The notes beneath the pieces are model-generated. The model did not search any database, was not told the DNA's origin, and saw only the letters and a program-made list of their open reading frames with translations. Below are positions 1-15,944 of a stretch of 64,000 bases of DNA, piece after piece. The translations under genes were made by a program, and so were the position numbers. The DNA comes from Rebecca billardiae RCC1528 (lineage: Eukaryota > Protista > Haptophyta), in assembly GCA_965240325.2 (NCBI GenBank), contig OZ251224.1, forward strand, positions 4,092,001 to 4,156,000, read 5' to 3'. Position 1 is the first letter of the stretch. The number at the start of each line of letters is the position of its first letter.

Positions 1-1943
1 CTGCCAGAGGGGCAACCGGAAGACACCTCCGCGCACGTAGCCGGGCGCACCGAAGATCGGGAGCAGCGCGAAGCCCTGGGGGACGGCGCGCGCGCCCGGC
101 GCCGCCGGCTTGGGCAGCGCGCGCACGTCGATCACGAGCGCGAGGTGGGCCGGCGCGCCGCCGCCCTCGCCGCCCGCGTCGCCCGCGCCCGGCGGCGGCA
201 GCGCGTCGCGAGCGAACACGCGCGCGTGGCCAGGCCAGGCTGGCGCGCGCAGCTCTGAGGCGTCGTCGGGCGCGCCGGCGATGTGCGCGCCCGCGTGCGC
301 CTCGGCTGCGGGCGGCGTGCGGTACAGGTGGGCCGGGGGGCTCAGGCTCGCGACGGCGCTGCTGAGGGCGACCTGCGCGGCGCGGCGGCGGCGCGGGGCG
401 GCACGGCGCGCGCGCACGCGCCGGCGCGCGCGGGCGGGCGTCAACGCGGCGGCGCGGCGCGGCGCGCGGCGCGTGTCGCGCGTGTCGCGCGAGGCGGTGC
501 GCACGTTTGGCAGGTTGTGCGCACGCAGCAGCGCGACGGAGAAGCCCTGGCTGCGGTGGAAGGGCAGGCCGCGCCACACGGGCAGTGGCGGCGGCGGCCG
601 CGGACCTCCAAGCGCCTTCTCGTAGCCCGCCGCCGCCCACGCCTCGAGATCGGCGTCGGCGGTGTCGTCGGCGTCGGCGGGTCCGTCGGCGTCGTCGGCG
701 TCCGCGGCGACGACGGCGTCACCGGCTGCGGTGGAGGCGGTGGCGGCGGCGCTGAGCCGCGCGCGCAGCGCAAGCAGCCGCGCGCGCACCGTCTCCGCCG
801 CACGCGCCGCGCGCCGCGCGCGCGCCCTCTGCCGCAGCACCTCCGCCTCCGCACCCGTCGGCCGTGCACCCTCGCCATCGTAAGCTCCGCTCGAGTAGGG
901 CGGGGGCGCGGCGCGCGCGCGCACGCGCTCGCGCTCGGCTGCGGAGGCGGGGTCGGCGGCGCTCTCCTCGGCGGCGCTGGGCGGCAGCAGCCGCAGCCCG
1001 TCGCCGGAGCGCAGCGCGGGCAGCACGCGCACGAGGACAGAGCAGCACGGCAGCGGCGCCAGGCCCGGCGGCACGCCGCCGCCCGCCGCGGCCGCGCCGC
1101 CGCCGGCCGCGGGCGCGCCGCCGCCGCCCGCCGCCGCCGAGCTCGCGGCCGACTCGGCCGCGCCCACGCGCAGCTGCACGGCGCCCAGGTTGGCGGCGAA
1201 GACGCGCGCGCCCGCGTGCGCGCCCACGCGCGCGCCGCCGCCGCCGCCCGCCTCCGCGCGCTCGACGAACAGAGGCATGGCGGCCGCGCCCAGCACGCGC
1301 ACCGCGACCGCCGCGTCCGCGCCGCGCCGGCCCGGCCCGCCGCGCGCGTCCAAGTCCAGGGTGAGCAGTGTGAGCTCGAGGGTGCTGCTCGGGTCGACGA
1401 CGGCGTCGCGCAGCGCGGCGCGTACGCGCAGCGCGGGCGCGCGCGCGTCCGCGCCCAGCGCCGCCGAGCCCGCGCGCACCGTCCGCCCGCCGCCGAGGTT
1501 GAGCGCGGCGCCGCCGGCCGTGCGCACGCGCATCTGCAGCCGCAGCCCGGCCGCGTTGTCTGGCACGCCCAACACGCCGTCGACGAGGATGTCGAGGCCG
1601 TCGCCCGGGCTGAACGGCGTGCGCGGCGCGGGGCGCGGCGTGCCGGGGCACCACAGCTGCGCGGGCACCCCGCTGAGCAGCGCGCCGGCGCCCGCGGAGC
1701 CACCGGCTGCGCCGAGCTCGGCGCCGGCCGCGGCCGCGGCGTCGTCAGATGCGAGCGCAGTTGCTGCGCCGCTGCCGCCGAGCGGCGGCGGCGCCGCCGC
1801 CTTCGTCGCCGCCTCGCCCCACGACACGATGCGCCGGCCGCCGCGCGCGCCGCCGCGCGCGCGCAGCCGCACGCGCAGCTGCGGCCGCGCCGCCGCCGCG
1901 CCCTCCGCCGCCGCCGCCGCCGCATCGTCATCGCCGCCGCCGC

Positions 1944-1998
<55 letters not shown>

Positions 1999-2821
1999 CG
2001 CGCCCGCGCCGCGCGCGCGGCTGGCGCGGCGCGCCGCGTAAGCGGCGGCGCGGCGCGCCACCTCGGCGCCGAGGCTGGCGGGCACGGGCGGCGGCGCGAG
2101 GCTGAGCGTGTGCTCGCCCTCCGCGCCCTCCGCCGCCGCGCCGAACGCAGCCACCGCCGCGCCGCCCTCCCGCTGCCGCAGCAGTGGCAGCACAGACCAG
2201 CCAATCACAGCCACCACGCGCGCCGCGCCGCCGCCGCCGCCCTCGGCGGCGCCGCCGCCGCGCGGCGCGAGCGCGCCGCCGCCGCCGCCGCCGTCCGAGT
2301 CGCTCTCGTCCGAGTCGGTGCCGCCGCCGCCGCCGCCGCCGCTCGCCGCCGCCGCCGCCGCCGAGGGCCCGTCGCGCTTGGCGATCAGCAGCAGCGCCGC
2401 CGCGGACGCGCGCGCCATTGCGTGCGCGCCACGCGAGGCGCCCCACCGCGGGAGCGCGCCCGCGCCGCCGCTCGCGCCGCCGCCGCCGCCGCCGCGCGCT
2501 CGCTCGCCGCCCTCGACGGCGACGAGCTCGACGAGCGCGGCGGGCGCGTCGGCGCCGCCCACCGGCGCGCCCGCGGGCGCGTGCACCGGCGCGCCGCCGC
2601 CCGCCGCCTCCGCCCAGCGCGCGTCCCAGCTGCCGTCGCCTCGCAGCAGCGCGCGTGCCGACAGCCAGTGCGCGCCGGGCAGCCGCGCGCCGCCGCGGCC
2701 GAGCGGCGTGACTCGCACGGCGAGGGGCGCGCGCCCGCCGCCCGCGGTGTGCGCGCGGAAGGCGCGCGCGTCGGCGGGCTCGAACCCGCGCAGCGAGAGC
2801 GGCGCCAGCTCCAGATGCTGC

Positions 2822-2864
<43 letters not shown>

Positions 2865-3302
2865 TCGCGCGCGGCCGCGGCGCGGGCGGCGCGGGCGGCG
2901 GCGCGGCGGCCGACGTGGCGCCGCCGTCCGCTGCGGCGGCCGTGCCGCCGGCGGGCGGCGCGGCGGGCGGCGCGGCGACGGGCACGGCCGCGCGCACGCC
3001 CGGCGGCGGCTGCGGCACGTACGCCCACCTCGCCGCGACGCCCGCCGACTCGGCCGCGCGCGCGTCCGCGCCGCGCGCGATGCGCAGCAGTACCTCTGCG
3101 CCGTGGCCGGCGGGGCGCGCGCTCGGCGGCGGCGAGGGCGCGCCGCCGCCGCCGTCGCCGTCGCCGAGCGCGGCGCGCGCGGCGCGCGCCGGGTCGAGCG
3201 GCGGCGGGCGGAGCGCGCAGCGCCAGTGCCCGGCCGCCAGCGCGCCGCCGCCCTCCGCGCCGTCGAACAGCCTCACCGCCGCCCAGCCAAGCGCACGCGT
3301 CG

Positions 3303-3343
<41 letters not shown>

Positions 3344-5862
3344 AGCCGCGGCGCCGTGTCTGCGCCGCCTCCGTGTGGCAGCAGCTGCTGCACCTCAAGC
3401 AGCAGCAGGAGGGAGGCGTCCGCGGGCTGGGAGGGGAAGTCGCGCCTCGCGCGCAGCGCCGCGCGCGCGCGCCCCTCGCCCCCGCCCTCCTTCGCCCCCT
3501 CCTCACACGCCGCCTCGGGCAGTGGCCGCACCGCCGAGCGCGCGCTCGCCCCCGCGTACAGCGCAAACACGCACCGCACGCGCGCCGTGCGCGGCGGCAA
3601 GCCGTCGATGGCGTCGAAGAGGAGGGCGAAGCCCTCGTGCGGCGCGTACGGCGCGCCGACGAGCAGGAGCGGCGGCGCGCCGCCGCCCGCGCCGCCCTCC
3701 GCGCCGCCCTCCGCGCCGCCCGCGCCGTCGCCCGCGCCGCCGCCCGCGCCGCCGCCCGCGCCGCCGCCCGCGCCCGCCTTGGCCAGAGCGTCGTTCAGCC
3801 GCCGCCGCTCGTCCAGTTCCTCTCTGGCAAAGACGAGGTGCGCCATCTCGGACTCGTGCCGGATGCGCAGCCGCTCCAGCTCGATGCGCTCCTCGTCCAG
3901 CGCAGCGCGCAGCGCCGCCGGGCCGCCGCCGCCGCGCGCGTCCGCGCCGCCGCCCGCGCCGCCGCCCTCGCGCGTCGCGCCGCCGCGCCGCTCGGCAGCA
4001 GACGACGCGGCGGCGGCGGAGGCGGCGGAGGCGGGGCGGTGGCGGGCGCGGCCGCGGCGGCGCGCGGCGGCGGAGCGCCCGCCGCCCTCCGCGTCGGAGG
4101 AGGCGTCCGACGCGCTCTCCGCCCACGAGCCCGGCTCGCCCGACGACGAGCCGCCGCCCTCGCTGCTCGACGCGCTCCCCGCGCCCGCCCGCTCGCGCCG
4201 CCGCCGCCCGCGCCCGCCGCCGCCGCCGCGCGGCCGCGCCGCGCTCCGCTCGAGCGTCCGCAGCTGCCTGCGCGCCCTCTGCGCGCGCTGCTCGTGCTGC
4301 TGCAGCGAGGCCTGGAGGGTCTGCAGGTGCGCGCCGAGCAGCGCGGCGACGGGGTCGGCGTCGGGCGCGCCCGCCGAGCCCGCGCCCGCCGAGCTCCGCG
4401 CGCTCGCGACCCCCGCCGCCGCCGCCGCCGCGCCCACAAGCGGCGGCGGGTGCGGCGCGCGCCGCGCCGCGCCGCCAGCCGTTGTGGCGGCGCGTGCGTA
4501 CAGCGCTGCAGCCTCGGCACGCAGCGCGCCGATGGCGGTGAGCACGCGCGTGTCCGCGCCGCCGCCCGCCATGTACTGTGCCTCGAGCTCGTCCGCCTCG
4601 TCGAGCAGCTCGCGCGCCATGCGCGCCGGGCCGCCCGCGCCGGGCACGTCCGCAGCAGCTGGCGGCGGCTGCGGCTGCGGCTGCGGCTGCGGCGGCGGCT
4701 GCGGCGGCGGCTGCGGCTGCGGCTGGGGCGGCGAGCTTGGCGCCGGCAGCGCGGCCGCGGGCGCGGGCGCGGGGAGCGGCAGCAACGGCGCCAGCGGCGA
4801 GGGCGAGCGCGCACGCGCCACGCGCGCCGCCGCTCTCGCCGCCATCGCCGCCTCCGCAGCCGCCTCCGCCTCCGCCGCCTCCGCCTCCGCCGCCGTCGCC
4901 TCCCGCGCGCGCGGCGCGCGTGCCAGGCCGGCCGCGCCGTCGCCGAGGGCGAAGGGGTAGCGCGCGCCGCGCTCGCGCGCCGCGGCGAGCGCCTCGCGCG
5001 ACGCCTTCAGCCGCGCCGCCTGCGCGTGCAGCGCCTCCAGCTCCAGCGCCAACGCCGCCTCGCGCTCCGCCCGCCGCTCGCGCACGGTGCGCGCGGCCGC
5101 GCGCGCGCCCGCCGAGCGCGGCAGCGGCGGCTCGGGGCGGCGCGGCGGCGGCGGCGAGGCGGCGGGCGCGCCCGCAGGCGCTCGGGGGAGGGAGGGCGGC
5201 ACGGGCCACTCGCGCGTGCACGCCTCGGCCGCCACGCCGCCCTCGGCCCCAGCGGGCGCGCCCGCCGCCTCGGCGGGACTGGCGGCGGCGGGCGCGGCCG
5301 GCTCCGCGGCCGCGGGGGCGCCGCCGAGCGCGCGCAGCGCGCGCAGCGCCTCAGCGCGCTCGCGGCGCGCGGCGGCGGCGGCGGCGCGGCGCTCGCGCGC
5401 GCCCTCCTCCAGCGCGCGCAGCTCCGCCGCGCGCGCGTCCGCCGCGTCTACGAGGCTCATCTGCTCGGCGCGGAGCGCGCGGCCGCGCGCCGCCTCATCC
5501 TCTGCGCTCCAGCGCGCCTCGCGCGCGGTGGCGGCGGCGGCGCGCTCGCGCTCGGCGCCGAGGGCGGCGCCGAGTTCGGCGAGCGTCAGCTGCGACGCGC
5601 CGTCCGGCGCGTCGCTCTCGCCGCGCCCGTCGAGGTACGCGGCCGCCGCGCGCAGCACAGCGTCGTCGCCGCCGCCCGCCGGCGCGACGCGCTCGACCAT
5701 GCGCGCGCGAGCGCGCTCGTGCAGCTCGGAGCCGACGCAGAAGCGGCGGAGGTGACGCTCGAGCTGGTCTGCGCCCGCGAGCACCAGCCCGCACGCCGGG
5801 CACGCGTGCTGCCCGCCCGGGTCGCGGGGCTCATCGCCGTCCGCGCCGGCGGTGGCAGCCAT
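1..5862 (-). CDS. CCDC17-like large protein (N-terminal C2HC Zn-finger, coiled coil, C2-like domains); 3' end lies outside the window
   Basis: Read manually. ATG at 5862 gives MAATAG...HACPACGLVLAGADQLERHLRRFCVGS. The same frame gives PYAPHEGFALLFDAIDGLP (~3640-3595), LGWAAVRLFD...GHWRCALRPPPLDP (~3290-3190), GDGLDILVDGVLGVPDN (~1605-1555) and GFALLPIFG..YVRGGVFRLPLWQ at the edge, all resembling CCDC17-family motifs. It is probably absent from the track because no stop is reached; small in-frame introns cannot be excluded. Confidence 0.75.
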
Positions 5863-6055
5863 GCGCACGCGCGCAACGGCGAACTGCGCGCATCCGGACC
5901 CAGCCAAAACGGGCCAACCGCTAAGAGCTCTATCTTGGCCTTGCGCGCAGGTTAGCCGTTGGCAGCCGCGCGCGCTGGCCAGGGCCATTTTGAGTGCGGG
6001 CCAGACTGATAACTGTAAACTGTGATGCGACATCGGAGGCTCCCCCGTATGCATC

Positions 6056-6057
<2 letters not shown>

Positions 6058-6109
<52 letters not shown>
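6058..6109. repeat. (GA)n microsatellite
   Basis: Perfect GA dinucleotide run. Confidence 0.95.
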
Positions 6110-6111
<2 letters not shown>

Positions 6112-6783
6112 TGAGGCGAATAGTCAGAGGAAGCGGATCGGGCAGCAGGCTCCTGCGTGATCCCGCCTAGTGACCGGCTAGTCCGCCGAACGGCACCGGC
6201 GCCCGCGGGCGGGGCCGCGAGGTCGCCCCCGGACGGGCCGGAGGGCCGAGGCCCGGGCGAGGGCGGCGGGGGTGCGGCACACGTTCGGGCAAGGCGGCCG
6301 TACCGTCCGGCCCGGACGCCGGTCGGCACCGCGGCCGACGCGGATCATGTCGGCAGCGCAGAGCCCGTCAGACGTGCGCTTCGCCCGAATCGCCGTTCGC
6401 GGGTAAACCGTGTGAACCCGTCAGTTCAGAGTTCAGTCCGATCGGCAGTGAAGCGCGGCGCGGCTGTGCAGCACTGTCGATGAATGTGAGCACCCGCCAC
6501 ATGATTGATATTTGATGATGCGTATTGCGTTCAGCATGGGAGCCTGTCCGACGCTGTCGGCCGGGCCGGGCGGAGGCGGATGTGAATGCCGTGCGCGTGA
6601 GGTCCGAGAGGAAGCGACGCGCCGCCGTCTCCAGACCGAGTCGTCCGCTGCGCCGCGGCTGCAGAGAAGCACGGGGTGGGGACGGCGCTGCGACCGAGCA
6701 GCGGCAGGGCGGGCAGGCTGGCATCGGGCCCCAGCGCGTGGCGCGCCCGCGCGAGAGGGCGGGGCAGCCAGGCCGCACCCGCC

Positions 6784-8013
6784 TCAGCGCGCGCGCCCGC
6801 CGCCCAGCCCCACCGGCCGCCACGCGAGGTCGGTCGGGTCCGTGTCGGCGAGGCCGAGCGCGGGCGGCAGCAGCGGCAGGTCCAGCAGAGGCCGGCGCCG
6901 AGCGCGCGCCGCGGGCCGCGCTGCCGGCGCGGCACCTGGCGCGGCGCGTGAGAGCTCGCGCGCGTGCGCGCGCGCATTCGACGCGGCGATGCGCGCGTGC
7001 GCGTGCGCCTGCCCCGCCTCGCCCTCGAGCAGCAGCCGCGCGTGCTGCAGCGCCAGTGCCACGTCCAGCGCGCTGCGGCCGCCCAGCGCGGACGGCGCCG
7101 CGCCGACGCTCGCGTCCGCGTCGGCATCGGCGGCGTGCGCGTCAGCATCGGCGGCGTGCGCGTCGGCGGCGCGCAGCGCGAGCGCGTGCGCCGTGAGCAG
7201 CCGCGCGTGCACGAGCGGCAGCGGGCGCAGCGCCAGCGGCTCGGCCTCCGCCGCGCCGTCCGCCGCGGCGGGCGCGCCGAGCGCACGCGCACGCTCGGCG
7301 TGGGCGTCAAACTCAGAGAGGGCGGCGGCCGCGGTGCCGACGGCCTCGGCGTGGAGCCCGTTCACGCGGAGGCAGCGCGCGCGGACGCACGCGACGCTCG
7401 CGCGCACGCTCGCGCCCACCGCGCTCACCGTCGCGCTGCCCAGCGCCGCGCCCGCGCCGCCGGCTGAGAGTTGCGCGGCCGCGTGCTGCAGCTGCGTGGA
7501 CGCGTCAATCGAGCAGCGGAGCGCGCCGAGCTGGTCGCCGGTGGAGAGAGCGAGCTCGGCGGCGATGGCGTCGCACATCGCGACGAGCCGCGCGTCCGGC
7601 CGGTGCGCGCGCTCCGCCATGTACCGCGCGCGCTTCAGCGACGTGCGCGCGCGCTCGGTCTCGCCGCGTGCGAGGTCGTTCACAGCCGTGTCGATCAGCA
7701 CGCCCGCCAGGTCGACGTACGCGTCGTGGCCGAGGCCGGAGCGGGACTGGGCCTCAGCGACGCGGAGTGCGGACGCGAGCTCGCGCGCCGCCGCCTCGTG
7801 GTCGCCCGCGTGGTGCGCGAGCACGCCCGCGAGGTTGTAGCGCAGCCGGTCGGACAGCAGCAGCTCAGGCGCGCGCGGCGCCGGCGGCGGGTGCGCCGCC
7901 GCGCCGGAGGGCGCGCCCTGGTGCGCGTCGAGCAGCTCGCGGGCGATGCGGTGGCGCCCGTGGGCGAACGCCGAGATGGCGCTGGCAAGCGACGACGGCG
8001 CGCGCCGGAGCAT
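6784..8013 (-). CDS. Hypothetical alpha-helical TPR-like protein
   Basis: 409-aa ATG ORF with amphipathic helical units (YNLAGVLAHHAGDHEAAARELASAL; GETERARTSLKRA; GDQLGALRCSIDA) and a possible N-terminal targeting peptide. Confidence 0.55.
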   Translation of the reverse strand: MLRRAPSSLASAISAFAHGRHRIARELLDAHQGAPSGAAAHPPPAPRAPELLLSDRLRYNLAGVLAHHAGDHEAAARELASALRVAEAQSRSGLGHDAYVDLAGVLIDTAVNDLARGETERARTSLKRARYMAERAHRPDARLVAMCDAIAAELALSTGDQLGALRCSIDASTQLQHAAAQLSAGGAGAALGSATVSAVGASVRASVACVRARCLRVNGLHAEAVGTAAAALSEFDAHAERARALGAPAAADGAAEAEPLALRPLPLVHARLLTAHALALRAADAHAADADAHAADADADASVGAAPSALGGRSALDVALALQHARLLLEGEAGQAHAHARIAASNARAHARELSRAAPGAAPAARPAARARRRPLLDLPLLPPALGLADTDPTDLAWRPVGLGGGRAR

Positions 8014-8299
8014 CTCCGCCGCGCGCCCCGAATCAACGCCTCCTCGAGAGGCGGCCGGCCTTCAGCCGCGCTGATCAAGAGTGCAAACCCGCTGGAGTTG
8101 GGCGCGCCCAAACTGAGTGACGACTCCTCATGTCTTCCGAACAGTTGCTGGCTCGTTCGGTCGGGAGCTGCGCGAAGCCTCATCATGTTCAAGATGATAG
8201 GCAAGTAAAATGACGCGCGCCAAGCGGAACGACCTATTGACGCGTGCCGCCTCATCATTGGTCACTTCGATTTCGTTACTACGGAATGACAATGGTATG

Positions 8300-9400
8300 T
8301 GTAAGAAATAAACCTGATGGGATTCCCTTCCCGAGTCACCGATTCTTTGACTCCGCCCTGGGCAGCCTGCTCACCAGCCTCCCTCCCACCCGGCCCGGCC
8401 CATCTCACCACTTGTGAGCCGCCGGATGCACAGCGCTCTAACTTGATCTCACCGTTGCACAGCTTTTACGGTCACGACACGCGACGACGTCGTCTACTGT
8501 GGGTGCCATTTGATGGCGCTTGAACGGAGTGCGGACCTCGGAGTAGGCGTCCGTACAGCCATCGTCAGTCACTCGTGGCGTCAGCCGGGCCCGGGCTCAT
8601 GCCGGCAGGGGGAGGGGGACAGGGTAGGCAGCCCAGGGGCATGACGAAGGTGCGGTACAAATGCTCTATGTGGGCTGCTTTCGCTGCGCCGGACTTGCCC
8701 TGCAGGCAGCCAGGCATACGGGATATTGGCTGACTCGGCGTTATGAATGGACGTGAACAATTCGGCCTGTCTTCCGCGGAAGACCGAACAGTTCACGTCC
8801 GTGCCAGGCTGGTTCATTGGTGGTCGGACGGTTCCAATAAGGCCATGTGGGGTGACCCTTGGGCGAGGCATGTTGCGCGACGTAATTCGAGACTGTACTC
8901 GTTCGCGCTCTTACTTTGTTGGTGCGGAGGAATGCAGCCGCGGTTGTAAAGAGCGTGCTGCGTGGCGGCACCATGTCAGTGTCGCTGATCATGAACGGAT
9001 CCAAGTCGAGCATGGTGCATCCGAGCACTGTGCATGTTGTGTCATGCGCTCCTCAGTCAGATACGGCCGAGTGCAGGCGGCGATTGGCGGGTGATCACTA
9101 CATCATGCTCGACTGCTCGTGACAGGTCGTCTTTCCAGCACGCGGCAGGAGTACGGTTTACACACAACGGTTCACTCACTTCACACAAGGGCCGTGGTTC
9201 ACGGCACAGCAGCACTAGGAATAGGGAACGCACGGCTCGGGCACCCGCCCCAGCTGCTCTTGCGGCTGTGGACGCTTTTCTGGCACCGACCAGGAGCCGT
9301 CGCCATCGGCCAATCAGATCGGGACACAAGCCTACCCGCACAATACTCATACGGTTGACAGATTCGTCCGCACTTCAATATTACAACTATCAAGGTTGCA
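8300..9400 (-). mobile_element. Possible degenerate tyrosine-recombinase (DIRS-like) retroelement relic
   Basis: Lower-GC island with broken minus-strand peptides in DIRS order: DDLSR (like the RNase H end), then CTMLDLDPF...AAAFL...STVSNYVA (like a YR N-terminal domain), then a frameshifted RW.TDAY near 8560-8545. Weak. Confidence 0.3.
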
Positions 9401-9755
9401 AGGCGCCAGGCGGGCGCCCGCCCGGAACGGCCGGAAGTGCAGCTGGGAAGTGATCACATTTTACGGCTACAATACCCCCATACGTACCCATTTATGACAA
9501 GGTCCGTACTTGTGAGTCCGTTACAGTCGAGTCCAAATATGGTAAGACATTCTGTTTTATCTTCTTATCGTCGTGCTGCGGGTAGGTGGCCAACAATGCC
9601 GCCAAATTTGCGCGTCGTCATCCGCCGCGCAAGATTGTGGCAGCGTCGCTCGCTCTGCGCAGATTTTCTCGCATATCATCAGCTTCACCCGCCCGCGCGG
9701 GGTCGGACGCGAGCGAGGGCGCCCTTTGCCCGCGCGCGAGGTTCCTGACGAGGCG

Positions 9756-12686
9756 ATGTTTTGGAGCATGGGCTTCACGCCCGCGGCTGATCCGCCGATC
9801 GCGCACGCGCAACCACGCCGCAGTTCGCGCGCTTCGATCGACCACGCCGACAACAACGGGCTGACAATCTCGATCGAGCAGCTGGAGGAGCACTTCCACA
9901 TGGCTGCCGGCATCATGAGGGGGAAGCGCGTCGAGGGGGCGAGCACGCGCCGGAAGGACTGGCAGCTCAGGGACAGCGAGCTGCTCAAGTTCGTCTTCGG
10001 CACCACCGTCGGGCAGTACTCCTTCCTCGCGCTGTTCGCGAGCTGGCTGATCGCGCTCGGCGCAGTCGTGTGGGCTTTTGGCGCCAACGGCGTCAGCGAC
10101 TACGACACGAGCTTCCGCGGCTCGCTGTGGCTCTCGTGGGGCATCTTCTTCGACCCGGGCACGCAGACGGGGCTGTCGTTCGAAGATACCCTCGGCGACA
10201 AGTTCATCGTCGTCGTGTTCTCGATGCTCGGCTTTCTGTTCAACCTCACCTTCCTCGGCGTGATCGTGGACAACATCCGCACGTTCCTCGACCGCATGTA
10301 CCACCGCTTCGCGGAGATACACAGCAGCAACCACGTGGTCATCCTCGGTGCGCGGCCCCGCGCGACAATCTCTGCCTCGCGCGCGCGCGCGCGCGCGCGC
10401 GCGGGGCACGCGCGGCGCCGAGCCTGACGCGCGCGCGCTCTCTACCTGGCCCCTGCGTGCGCGCCGCGCCCGCGTCCTCGCCCGTGGCCGCGTCCGCGGC
10501 CGTGCCGCCGCACAGGTTGGACACCGCGCACGCTCTTCCTGATCAACGAGCTGATGGACATGTTCGAGGACCACGGCAAGCGCGGCGAGATCATCGTGCT
10601 GGGCAACTCACCGCGGTATCAGATGCAGCGCGCGGTCGAGCTCGCGTTCCGACGCCGCCACCCGCAGCGGCCGCGCGGCGTGCGCGTGCGCTGCTGGGAG
10701 GGCGACACGGCGGAGGAGGACGACCTGACGCGGCTCAGCCTGCACACGGCGCGCTTCGTGATCGCGCTCACCGAGTCGAACGAGCCACGCGCGGCGGACG
10801 CGCAGGCGGTGGAGACGGTGCTGGCCCTCCAGTCGCTGCACGAGTCTGAGCAGGTGCGCTGCGCCAAGCCGCGCCGCCTATGCTGCTGCTGCCGCCGCTG
10901 CTGCCGCCGCCGCCGCTGCTGCCGCTCTCCGCGCAGGCATAGCACCGCGGCGCCACCGCTGCCGCCGCCGCTGTGCCCGCACGCGCGCCGGGCGCCGCCC
11001 GCCATTGCGCGCGCTCAGGCGGAGCCTCGCCCCGCGCGCGCGCCGCCGCAGTGCCCCGGCGCGATCCTCGCCGAGCTGCGCACGTTCGACGCGGTGCAGG
11101 TGGTGAAGAAGATCAACTCGATGACGGTGAACGACGTCCTCGGCGTGCACACCTCGCAGATGGTCGACATGATCCTCTCCTTCACCACGCTCCGCCCGAC
11201 GGTCGGGCACGCTCTGGTCGAGCTCACTTCCTTCTATGGGCAGAACCTCATGTTCCACTCCGTCGAGAGCGCGCAGGTGGGGCGCAGGTTCAGCGAGGTG
11301 TCGCTCGAGTTCCCGCTGTGCGTGGTGTGCGGCGTGCGCTCGCGCGGCGAGCTCCCCGTGATCGCGCCGCCGATGGACCACGTGCTGCGCCGCGGCGACA
11401 TGCTGCTCATCCTCGCGCTCGCCCGCAAGGACGTTGTGGCGAGGCGCGGCGGCGTGCGGCGCGCGTCTGTCGCCGTCAGCTCGATGCTCGACACCTCGCT
11501 GCGCGGCGAGAAAGGAGAGATGCGCGAGCCGGCCGCGGACGACTCGGCGTCCTCCGCCTTCGTCGGCATCCCCGCAGCCGGCCCCTTGGCCGGGCGCGGC
11601 GCCAGCGGGAGCGCGGCCGACACGGCGATGTTCAACGCGGACGGCTCGCGCATGAGCCGGCAGCGCGTCGTCGTGATTGGCTGGCGCTCGGTGCGTGAGA
11701 TGGCCGCGCTGGTGCGCTCGCTCTCCAAGCTGCTCGTGCACGGCTCGGAGCTGGCCATCCTCTCGGCGGTGGACGTGGAGGGCCGGCAGCGCGCGCTCGC
11801 CGACGAGCTTTTCACGATGGAGGGCTTCGAGAACGGCTCGCTCAACGTGAAGCACGTGCAAGGCTCGCCGATGGCGACGTACAAGCTCAAGCAGCTGCGC
11901 ATCGACACGGCGAGCGTGACCATCGTGGTCGGCGACCCGATCAACGTGAACAAGGCGCTCGAGCACGTGCAGGAGTACCACGACGGCCAGGCGCGCCTCT
12001 TCGACGCGCGCGTCTTCTCCGTCACCGCGCTGCTGCGCACCGTCTCCGAGAGCGCGTACATCGTGCCCGTCTTCTCGCACATCATGTCGTACCGGCTGCT
12101 CGGGCGCAACAACTCGCTGCTCGCTAGCGACGCGCGCACGCACGCGTTCCACCGCAACGCGCTCGAGACAGGGCTGATCGCTATGCAGGCCAACGACCCC
12201 TCGCTCTCCTTCGTGTACACCGAGCTGCTCGGCACGCAGATGGTGAACAAGCACCTCGTCTTCGCGCTCACCTTCGACGCGGCGGCGCGCGAGCTCGGCT
12301 TTTCGGGGAGCGTGCACTCGTTCAACCAGCTGCGGCGCATCGTGCGGCGCAAGCGCGGCCACGTGCTCTTTGGGTACAACAAGCCGCACGACGTGAACGA
12401 CGACCCGGTGCTCAACCCGCGCGACAAGGAGACGGCGCTGCACTGGCAGCCCACCGACGAGCTCCTCTTCTTCCGCGCGAGCACTGGCGCGCCCATCTTC
12501 GAACCGGGCGAGACGGTCGTGGAGCGCGTGACGGGTGTCGCGCGCGCCGCGACGTCCGGCGTGCCGCTGCGGATCGCTGCCTCCCCCCAGGCCAAGGGGG
12601 GGAAGGCCTTGGGGGGGCACCAGCACGTCGGCGCGGCGAACGTACTTGGTGCCGGCGGAAAGCGGCATCATCCCAATAAGGTCTGA
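9756..12686 (+). CDS. CASTOR/POLLUX/SYM8-type cation channel with RCK domains; introns 10348-10515 and 10854-11051
   Basis: TM helices and pore segment LWLSWGIFFDPGTQ (plant equivalent LWLSWTFVADSGNH). Splicing restores HVVILG|WTPRTLFLINEL. Second RCK starts VVVIGWRS and contains VQGSPM; the C-terminus has LNPRDK. Confidence 0.85.
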
Positions 12687-12924
12687 CGCGCGATGTGACT
12701 CGGTAGTTGTACGGTTAGGCTCGCTGATGTAGGGTCCGCAGCAGACACTCCGCTTCTTGAGTTCTACTTTCTACTTCTAGTTGAGTAGCTTAGTCAGCTA
12801 GTTCTACTTCTGTACTTCTAGACGTTATTACAAACTAGTCCGCTGCTTGGGCGGCGCGAGTCGCGCATTCGTTAATTTTTAGTTTTATTTAAAATATATT
12901 TATAAGCATCCGACTCAGTACAGC

Positions 12925-12946
12925 ATATATATATATATATATATAT
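12925..12946. repeat. (AT)n microsatellite in an AT-rich convergent intergenic region
   Basis: Direct reading. Confidence 0.85.
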
Positions 12947-13109
12947 GATACTGCTATATATAATAATATTATACTCGTCGTCGCATTCTATCATCATCAA
13001 TAGCATTGACGAATATCATCGATCACAGCGCGCGCGCGCGCGGTAGCTCGGACCGCGGTGCGGATGCGCGGCAGCCACCAATAATAATGCGGACGCGGAG
13101 CCTGCCACG

Positions 13110-15944
<2,835 letters not shown>

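Noticed and set aside
283-5955. 1890-aa plus-strand ORF
   Set aside because: Arg/Ala/Gly low-complexity antisense shadow; the conserved motifs are on the minus strand.
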